DNA of 32,000 nucleotides from Mycobacterium sp. NS-7484 (GCF_001953975.1 NZ_MBEJ01000127.1:163833-195832); one strand, 5' to 3'. Positions 26,550-32,000 are shown, counted from the first letter of the stretch. Program-made: numbers and translations. The notes: generated by a model not told the origin, from the sequence alone.

Positions 26550-27209
26550 TCAGCTGCTTGTGCGCCGGCGGAACAATTCGGCGGGCCGTCCCCGGCCGCG
26601 TGCTGAGAAGTCTCCGGTGGCCTCCAGTTGGTCCTGCATCGTGCGCCGGAAGGTGTCGCGCTGCAATTCGTGGCCGGCGACGGCTTCGTGGATCAGGCGT
26701 AGGTCGCGCAGGGTGAAAGTGTCGCCCAGCAGGCGGTCCGGGTCCGGCGCCGTCGCATAGTGGGTGCGAACGTCGGTGACGGCAAGCTCGATGATGTCGG
26801 GGTGGTCGTAGATCAACCGTCCGGGCGCCGTCACCGGCATCAAGCGGGTGGTGGTCGCGAAGCGCGTCGCCAGGCGTTCGGCAGGGACGACGGCGAGGTG
26901 CGCGACGGACAGTACCCGGCCCCGATCGTCGCGATCGAGGGCGTCGAACACGTGCAGTTGACGTGGGTGCAGGCCGCGGATGTTGACCTTGTCGGCCAGT
27001 GACCGCTTGACCGCGTCGGCGAGCACCTCTCCCTCGTGCAGGAACGTCCCCGGCAACGCCCACCCGCTGGCCTGAAGCCGACGGACCTGCAGCACCACCA
27101 GCGCGCCGTCGGGGTCGACCGTCAGCACCGCGGTATCGACGGCCACCGACGGGCGCGGGTAATCCTCCAGCCGGCGGTGTCTGGTGTCCCGGTACGGATT
27201 CTTGTCCAT
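26550..27209 (-). CDS. nrtR: NrtR-like regulator: degenerate Nudix domain plus C-terminal winged helix
   Basis: Nudix-fold region with the box LPGTFLHEGEVLADAVKRSLADKVNI. The C-terminal FTLRDLRLIHEAVAGHELQRDTFRRTMQDQLEATGDFSARGRGRPAELFRRR resembles the NrtR wHTH tail (GRGRPAxLYR). Family assignment is from memory. Confidence 0.72.
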   Translation of the reverse strand: MDKNPYRDTRHRRLEDYPRPSVAVDTAVLTVDPDGALVVLQVRRLQASGWALPGTFLHEGEVLADAVKRSLADKVNIRGLHPRQLHVFDALDRDDRGRVLSVAHLAVVPAERLATRFATTTRLMPVTAPGRLIYDHPDIIELAVTDVRTHYATAPDPDRLLGDTFTLRDLRLIHEAVAGHELQRDTFRRTMQDQLEATGDFSARGRGRPAELFRRRTSS

Positions 27210-27240
27210 GTCAGTGCCTCAGCGTACAGTCTGATTTCAA

Positions 27241-27260
27241 TTAGCGCAGACTTGCGCAAA
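27241..27260. promoter_or_regulatory. Candidate operator in the nrtR / ARH divergent spacer
   Basis: TTAGCGCA-GACT-TGCGCAAA is an inverted repeat matching at 7 of 8 positions per arm. It sits in the 66-bp spacer and ends 3 nt before the AGGAGG Shine-Dalgarno of the ARH gene. Confidence 0.4.
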
Positions 27261-27275
27261 AGAAGGAGGATCCCG

Positions 27276-28679
27276 ATGGCATCACTGCATGACCGCATCG
27301 AGGGCGTACTTCTGGGCACCGCCGCCGGTGACGCGCTGGGCGCGCCCTATGAGTTCGAGCCGGCACGCGGGCCGGAACTGCCGGTGGAGATGGCCGGTGG
27401 CGGACCGTGGGCACCGGGCGAGTGGACCGATGACACCGCGATGGCGATCGCCATCGCCGAAGTCGCCGCGACCGGGGCGGATCTGCGCGACGCTTCCGCC
27501 CAGGATGCGATCATGGCGCGGTGGCATGAATGGTCGTTGAGCGCAAAGGATGTGGGGATCCAGACGCGGTCGGTGTTACGTACCGCAGCGCGTGACGGAG
27601 CCCCGTCTGCCGCGGGGGCTCGCGCCGCGTCGCACGCGCTGCACGAGCAGACCGGCCGCACCGCCGGCAACGGGTCGCTGATGCGCACCGCGCCGGTGGC
27701 GCTGGCCTACCTCGACGACGAGGACGCCATGGTCGAGGCCGCCCGGGCGATCAGCGAGCTCACCCACTTCGATCCCGACGCCGCCGACGCGACCGTGTTG
27801 TGGTGCTGCGCGATTCGACATGCGGTGTTGACGACCGAACTCGACGCTCGAATCGGCTTGGGCCATCTGGACTCTGACCGCCGTTCGGCGTGGTCACAGC
27901 GATTGGACGAGGCTGAGGCGGCCCGACCGGCGGACTTCGCGAACAACGGATGGGTGGTCGCGGCGTTGCAGGCGGCGTGGTCGGCGATCGTCATGACGGC
28001 CGGCGAGGGGCGTGGTCCGGGGCATCTGCGGCGCGGGCTCGACGCGGCGGTGCGGTGCGGCAATGACACCGATACCGTGGCCGCGATCGCCGGCGGGCTG
28101 CTCGGCGCGGCGTATGGGGCGTCGGCCGTGCCGTTGCAGTGGCGGGCGCTGCTGCACGGGTGGCCGGGGATGCGGGCGCGCGGGCTGGTCGGGTTGGCGG
28201 CTGCCGTGCACGCCAAAGAGCCGGTGTCTGATCCGGACTATTCGTGGTCGGCCGCAGATATTCTCACGGTTCATCCCCATGACGAGCAGGTGCTGCTCGG
28301 CAGTGCGAGTGCACTGCGACGGTTACCGGCCGAGGTGTCGGCGGTGGTGTCCCTGTGCCGGATGCCCGACGGCCACGTGCCCGACGGCATGCCCCATGTC
28401 GAGGTGCGGCTGATCGACAAGGTCGACTTCGACGAGAATCCGCATCTGGATCATGTGCTGATGGATGCGGTGAACATGGTGGAAGAGCTTCGCGCGCAGG
28501 GGCATACCGTGCTGTTGCACTGCGTGGAGTCCTACAGCCGCACGCCCACGGTGGCCGCGCTCTATGGTGCGCGGCGGCAGGGTATCGGGACCGAGGAAGC
28601 ATTGCGTGATGTGCTGACGGTGCTGCCGGATGCGAACCCGAACCCGGTGTTCCGGGAGGCGTTGCGGCGGTTGGGGTGA
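27276..28679 (+). CDS. ADP-ribosylglycohydrolase (DraG/ARH family) fused to a C-terminal dual-specificity/PTP-like phosphatase domain
   Basis: AGGAGG lies 6 nt upstream of the ATG. ARH motifs present: GDALGAPYEF, EWTDDTAM, GNDTDTVAAIAGGLLGAAYG. The C-terminal ~145 aa carry the Cys-X5-Arg signature LLHCVESYSRTPTV. Confidence 0.8.
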   Translation: MASLHDRIEGVLLGTAAGDALGAPYEFEPARGPELPVEMAGGGPWAPGEWTDDTAMAIAIAEVAATGADLRDASAQDAIMARWHEWSLSAKDVGIQTRSVLRTAARDGAPSAAGARAASHALHEQTGRTAGNGSLMRTAPVALAYLDDEDAMVEAARAISELTHFDPDAADATVLWCCAIRHAVLTTELDARIGLGHLDSDRRSAWSQRLDEAEAARPADFANNGWVVAALQAAWSAIVMTAGEGRGPGHLRRGLDAAVRCGNDTDTVAAIAGGLLGAAYGASAVPLQWRALLHGWPGMRARGLVGLAAAVHAKEPVSDPDYSWSAADILTVHPHDEQVLLGSASALRRLPAEVSAVVSLCRMPDGHVPDGMPHVEVRLIDKVDFDENPHLDHVLMDAVNMVEELRAQGHTVLLHCVESYSRTPTVAALYGARRQGIGTEEALRDVLTVLPDANPNPVFREALRRLG

Positions 28680-28728
28680 GACGGCCGCACTTGAACTGCC
28701 GTAGCCGAGCCGCCGTCACCGTACCCTC

Positions 28729-28750
28729 GGATCACCGGGTGTGATATCCG
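28729..28750. promoter_or_regulatory. Looser, inverted relative of the 27-nt motif (GGATCACCGGGTGTGATATCCG)
   Basis: The reverse complement CGGATATCACACCCGGTGATCC shares GATATCAC and GGTGAT(A)CC with the motif, but the spacer is longer. It lies 84 nt upstream of the EEP gene start. Confidence 0.3.
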
Positions 28751-28833
28751 TGGGCTCAACGGACTTGTCGGTGCCCTCGTTCATACTGTCCGGCTCGCTG
28801 GAGATTCCACGTCGAGCGAGAGGACACTTCCCG

Positions 28834-29538
28834 ATGACGCTGCGAATCGCCACGTTGAACATCCGACACGGTGGCCGGAAATTCGGTGACGCACTCACCG
28901 CACGACTGCTCGGCTATGACGCCGACGTTCTGGTGGTGACCGAGTTCCGGGACAACGACACCGGCGCCCGGCTCATCTCGCAGTTGGAGGACGCCGGCTA
29001 TGAGACCACGCACCCCAAGGTGTCGCCGACGCAGAACACGGTGCTCATCGCCTCCCGCACGCCTATTGACCGGGCGTCGACGTTCACCAGGGATCTGCCG
29101 GCTCACCATTTGTGGTGCGCCGAGTTCGCCGGCGTCATCGTCTGCGGTGTCTACCTGCCGCAGGCCCACGCGAAACTTCCCTACTGGGAGGCATTGATCG
29201 ACCGGGCCCGCCGCAGCGGCGTCGATCTGCTCATCGGCGACTTCAACACGGGCAACAACGATCTCGACAAAGAACCCAAGGGCACAAGGTTCATCGGACC
29301 GGAGATGCCCGGCCGTTTGATCGCATCGGGCTACACCGACGTGTGGCGGTCCTTGCATCCGGACGCCCGCGAATACTCGTGGTTCAGCCGGCCCGGAGGC
29401 AATGGGTTTCGTCTCGACTACGTATATGCCACACCGGAGTTCGCTCAGCAGGTGAGTGCGTGCGAATACGACCACGCGCCACGGCTTGCCGGGGAGACGG
29501 ATCACTCGGGATTGGTCGTGACGTTGACTGAGGGGTAG
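28834..29538 (+). CDS. Endonuclease/exonuclease/phosphatase (EEP, ExoIII-like) family protein
   Basis: EEP motifs present: TLNIRHGG, VLVVTEF, IGDFNTG, RLDYVY, ETDHSGLVV. I use the ATG at 28834; the longer ORF start at 28741 adds non-protein-like sequence. Confidence 0.8.
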   Translation: MTLRIATLNIRHGGRKFGDALTARLLGYDADVLVVTEFRDNDTGARLISQLEDAGYETTHPKVSPTQNTVLIASRTPIDRASTFTRDLPAHHLWCAEFAGVIVCGVYLPQAHAKLPYWEALIDRARRSGVDLLIGDFNTGNNDLDKEPKGTRFIGPEMPGRLIASGYTDVWRSLHPDAREYSWFSRPGGNGFRLDYVYATPEFAQQVSACEYDHAPRLAGETDHSGLVVTLTEG

Positions 29539-29544
29539 TGCGCT

Positions 29545-30402
29545 TTACCGCCATTCGTTGTCACACACTGTGCAACGCCACTTCTGTTCAGTGGGACAGC
29601 ATCCGCCGGCGTGCAACCACGGTCCCCACGCCTCGATGTTGGCGGGCATGCCGTACTGGATCATCTGGGTACGCTGCCCACCACAGCGTGGGCACTCAGG
29701 ATGCTGGGCGAACTTGAAGTCGATGAAGGAGCGAAAGTTTCCGTCGCGCATCCGGTCTCGGCAGCGTAGGCAGAGGATCGCCGGCCAGTCGCGCGCAGCT
29801 GATCGGATCGCCGCCCGGAATGGACCGCGCACGCGGGAACTGCCCGGCGTCCTGATCGGCGATGCCGGGTCGGGACGCGGCAGCGGATCAGCGGTATGAA
29901 CGTGTATCCGATCGCGGGCCTCGAGTCCGGTCAGGTCGATCTCCGTGCCACAGCCTTGGCAGTCGCCGGTGAAGCGCAACAGATTACGGGCGGCAGCGAC
30001 GGACGAATGGCCCCAGCGATAGTAGGGGTCGCCGTATACCGGACTCTCGTGCAGCGTCAGGATCATTCGTTCAGCAGCATCATCGTCGAGGCGCCAGTTG
30101 GCGAACGGTTCGTCCCCAAGATCGAGCATCATCGCCAGCGTGGTCAGGTCCACAAGCTCGGCGTTGGACGGATCGAGCATCGCTCCGCCCAGGCCGCCGT
30201 CATGGTCGATGCGAGCGAGCACCGTCAACACCGAGACCGGGTCGGTGCCCAGCACCACGATGGCGTAGTCACCGGGACGGGTCTCCCCGAAGGCGTACCG
30301 CCACGGTTGGTACGCCGATTTCGGCTCCAACAGCGTGATGACACCGGCCTTCCAGTCGGATGCTTCGAGGATGTGAAGACGGTGGTGGATCGTTTGCGAC
30401 AT
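29545..30402 (-). CDS. Hypothetical protein with two CxxC...CxxC clusters (HNH-like scaffold plus C-terminal zinc ribbon)
   Basis: 285 aa. An unassigned N-terminal ~140-aa domain is followed by CQGCG...IHVHT...CLRCRDRM and then CPRCGG...RCTVCDNEW. Coding bias is good but with more A/T-ending codons than neighbouring core genes. Confidence 0.55.
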   Translation of the reverse strand: MSQTIHHRLHILEASDWKAGVITLLEPKSAYQPWRYAFGETRPGDYAIVVLGTDPVSVLTVLARIDHDGGLGGAMLDPSNAELVDLTTLAMMLDLGDEPFANWRLDDDAAERMILTLHESPVYGDPYYRWGHSSVAAARNLLRFTGDCQGCGTEIDLTGLEARDRIHVHTADPLPRPDPASPIRTPGSSRVRGPFRAAIRSAARDWPAILCLRCRDRMRDGNFRSFIDFKFAQHPECPRCGGQRTQMIQYGMPANIEAWGPWLHAGGCCPTEQKWRCTVCDNEWR

Positions 30403-30555
30403 ACGTCAATTATCCCAGGTGGGTATGACATTTCACCGTGGACGATCTTCGCTGGGCAACGGGCCGCGGGCGTTCGCTGGGCGAGCGGAGATACCTGATC
30501 CCAAGACATCACATGCGTCACAACAGCACCGGAAACCATCAAGACAGTCGATATC

Positions 30556-30582
30556 GGAATGCGATATCACGGGTGATACCAC
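30556..30582 (+). promoter_or_regulatory. Copy 2 of the conserved 27-nt motif (GGAATGCGATATCACGGGTGATACCAC)
   Basis: It lies in a 333-nt non-coding spacer, 154 nt upstream of the 29545-30402 gene start. It contains the best dyad, GATATCAC-GG-GTGATACC, complementary at 7 of 8 arm positions. Confidence 0.6.
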
Positions 30583-30735
30583 GGTCGCCCTGAAGGATGG
30601 CCAGCACTCATCCCCAGACTTCACCGCCCGGTCCGAGCCGGGTCGGCCAGCGTCGACGTGCATCGAGTCGTCGGCCAATCCTGAACTCAAGAATCACCGC
30701 GGCGGAGGTCGCTGACCGTTTCCGCGAAGCCAGGT

Positions 30736-31083
30736 TTACAGGTCATCGACACTGATGTAGCCGTCCTGGATGGCCCGAGCGAGCAGTGCGGCCTTGCTCC
30801 GTGCCGGGCGTCCCGCCCGCTCGTACTTCTCACGGATCCGTTGCACGTAGGTCCGCACGGTGCTGTCGGCGAGATACAACGTCTCCCCTACCGCGGCCTT
30901 GGTGTCCGCCTTCAGCCACGCGATCAAGATCTCCTGCTCGCGCGATGAAAGGTCGACGCGCACACCCCGCTCGGCTGACGGATTGACGGCGTGCGTCGGC
31001 AATGGCTTCAGCGCGGGCATCCGCCCCGCAACCTCGCAGGCGCAACGGGTCTCGGTGGGGAACGTCTCCATCTGGATGGTCAT
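30736..31083 (-). CDS. Small LuxR/GerE-type helix-turn-helix regulator (115 aa, no receiver domain)
   Basis: GerE-like HTH LSSREQEILIAWLKADTKAAVGETLYLADSTVRTYVQRIREKY. I place the start at ATG 31083, preceded by GGAGAG (31090-31095) with a 6-nt spacer. The extension to 31251 has poor third-position G/C bias. Confidence 0.75.
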   Translation of the reverse strand: MTIQMETFPTETRCACEVAGRMPALKPLPTHAVNPSAERGVRVDLSSREQEILIAWLKADTKAAVGETLYLADSTVRTYVQRIREKYERAGRPARSKAALLARAIQDGYISVDDL

Positions 31084-31261
31084 CGGACACTCTCCGTGTG
31101 TTGGTCGGAATGCCCGCGTGCGCGAGCCGACCAGAATGACAGAGGCCACCGACAAGTCGACTACAGCGAGCAGCCACGGCGTCGGGTGCCGCCGAAGCCG
31201 AGGCGCGTTGGCTGTTCGATCGAGACCAGCGCCTGAGGTTTTCGAAGGCATAGCCGGGCTC

Positions 31262-31288
31262 AGAATGCGATATCACCGGCGATACCAG
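31262..31288 (+). promoter_or_regulatory. Copy 3 of the conserved 27-nt motif (AGAATGCGATATCACCGGCGATACCAG)
   Basis: It matches copy 2 at 23/27 positions. It lies in the divergent spacer, 179 nt upstream of the LuxR start and 46 nt upstream of the GTG at 31334. Confidence 0.6.
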
Positions 31289-31333
31289 GTGCCATGCCAC
31301 CACCGAGACGCCGCGCCGTGGTAACAAAGTCGT

Positions 31334-31846
31334 GTGCCCGAGGCCATCGATCCCCTGCTGCTGGGCCAGCGCGTGGTGGCGATCCTGGAAACCGGCGTGC
31401 GGGTGGCGACGTACAAACTGGCCACTCTCATGGCGCTGATCGACCACTGCATCGAGAACCTGCCGGAGCATCCGTCGGATCCACTGCCGGTGCACATCCC
31501 CGATCTTGCCCACCGGGTGTTGGAGCTGTATTGGCGCCAGGTGCGCCCGTTCGAGGGGCACGACCTTCGGCAGTCCACCGGTGAACGCGAGCGAATCCCT
31601 CGCGCCGTCAGGGCATTACGGTCGGCCGCGGCCGGCAAGTCACTGAGTGTCGCGATGACGACGGCGCCGCAGGTCTATCAGGCGTCCATCGATGAGATCG
31701 GCCTGTGCCTGGCGCAACAACCGTTGTACCGGCTGCAGCGGCTGCCGGGCGCCGACACCAATGAGCCGTTTCTCTACGACGACAGCTTCCTGCACTCCAA
31801 CGTCTCCGCCGCACGCTGCGCGCTCACGGGGACGCGATCGAGTTGA
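31334..31846 (+). CDS. Hypothetical protein; N-terminal part of a possible modification-sensing/HNH-type restriction protein
   Basis: GTG start. VATYKLATLMALIDHCIE and VLELYWRQVRPFEGHDLRQS recall N-terminal domains of actinobacterial proteins annotated as HNH endonucleases (ScoMcrA-like). This is from memory and unverified. The frame ends at a TGA (31844-31846), while strong coding signal continues in another frame. Confidence 0.55.
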   Translation: MPEAIDPLLLGQRVVAILETGVRVATYKLATLMALIDHCIENLPEHPSDPLPVHIPDLAHRVLELYWRQVRPFEGHDLRQSTGERERIPRAVRALRSAAAGKSLSVAMTTAPQVYQASIDEIGLCLAQQPLYRLQRLPGADTNEPFLYDDSFLHSNVSAARCALTGTRSS

Positions 31847-32000
31847 TGCCCGGGGTGGCGGCCGGCCTGGCGCGCCTCGCCGGTCTGCTCAAGCCGGCGC
31901 TGGAGATCATGTGGGTCGATGATGTGCGGCGGATGAACAAGTTCCTCAGCGCCGAGGTGCCCGACGTCGCGGGCCATTTGTTCGGCCGCGACCGCACCGC
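31846..32000 (+). CDS. Continuation in a second frame (partial, runs off the window): separate coupled gene or frameshifted continuation
   Basis: The frame open from 31765 reads ...LRAHGDAIELMPGVAAGLARLAGLLKPALEIMWVDDVRRMNKFLSAEVPDVAGHLFGRDRTA with very high third-position G/C. An ATG at 31846 overlaps the upstream TGA (TGATG). Confidence 0.5.
   Translation, partial: MPGVAAGLARLAGLLKPALEIMWVDDVRRMNKFLSAEVPDVAGHLFGRDRT

Noticed and set aside
27036-27275. An 80-codon N-terminal extension of the ARH ORF.
   Set aside because: It overlaps the nrtR gene and the spacer. The ATG at 27276 has an AGGAGG SD at ideal spacing, and the ARH domain begins right there.
30556-30582. Reading the 27-nt motif as a sigma-factor promoter (for example GGAAT as an ECF/SigH-type -35, GGGTGA as a SigF-type -10, or a TANNNT -10 on either strand).
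   Set aside because: The spacing between candidate -35 and -10 elements is only 10-14 nt. No hexamer with the required A2/T6 is conserved across all three copies, and the candidate elements fall on the variable positions.
30419-30715. ORFs in the 333-nt spacer (98 aa on the plus strand, 85 aa on the minus strand) and a 52-codon ORF from ATG 30597 that runs into the LuxR 3' end.
   Set aside because: They have weak third-position G/C bias compared with real genes here, odd composition, no SD and no motifs. I treat the spacer as non-coding, possibly a leader or small RNA.
31084-31251. A longer LuxR ORF starting at ATG 31251 (171 aa).
   Set aside because: Third-position G/C drops to about 60% in the extension. 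A GGAGAG SD precedes the internal ATG at 31083, after which coding bias becomes strong.
30556-31288. Reading the two direct motif copies as ends or att sites of a small mobile element carrying the LuxR gene.
   Set aside because: I saw no integrase or transposase, no target-site duplication and no terminal inverted repeats. The third copy at 12.6 kb sits in a core-gene spacer with similar geometry, which fits regulation better. I cannot exclude it without comparative genomes.
1-32000. A search by eye for tRNA, rRNA, CRISPR repeats, IS elements and prophage genes.
   Set aside because: I saw no tRNA-like T-arm/acceptor patterns, no regularly spaced repeats and no transposase- or integrase-like ORFs. 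A proper tRNAscan, Infernal or ISfinder run would be needed to be certain.

Overview
High-GC actinobacterial chromosome segment, Mycobacterium-like by gene content, with no rRNA, tRNA, CRISPR array, integrase or transposase that I could recognise. From 5' to 3' it contains: (1) a translationally coupled recC (5'-truncated by the window edge)-recB-recD operon. (2) A 49-codon hydrophobic micro-ORF, a membrane protein, a secreted alpha/beta hydrolase and a divergent TetR regulator. (3) An LdtMt2-like L,D-transpeptidase divergent from prfC (RF3). (4) A DUF2293-like protein followed by an 847-aa SEC-C-motif protein, with a 5' remnant of a VapB-type antitoxin gene in the spacer. (5) A 769-aa lipoprotein. 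(6) Three type II toxin-antitoxin loci (phd-like/doc and two vapBC) around an OPT-family transporter gene. (7) A shortened metallophosphoesterase and an MscS channel. (8) An accessory-looking right end. It holds an NrtR-like regulator with a degenerate Nudix box, divergent from an ADP-ribosylglycohydrolase fused to an HCX5R phosphatase domain. These are followed by an EEP nuclease/phosphatase, a Cys-rich zinc-ribbon/HNH-like protein, an orphan LuxR-type regulator, and a gene that changes reading frame near 31.8 kb. The most unusual signal is a 27-28 nt motif with an internal dyad. It occurs three times in the same orientation, only in intergenic DNA: twice bracketing the LuxR gene and once in the ldt/prfC spacer. 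A looser inverted copy lies upstream of the EEP gene. Several genes look decayed: doc has Arg in place of the Fic-motif His, one vapC lacks a conserved Asp, the phosphoesterase lacks its GNHE region, and the antitoxin is only a remnant. All functional calls rest on motifs read by eye and recalled family knowledge. No database search was run.
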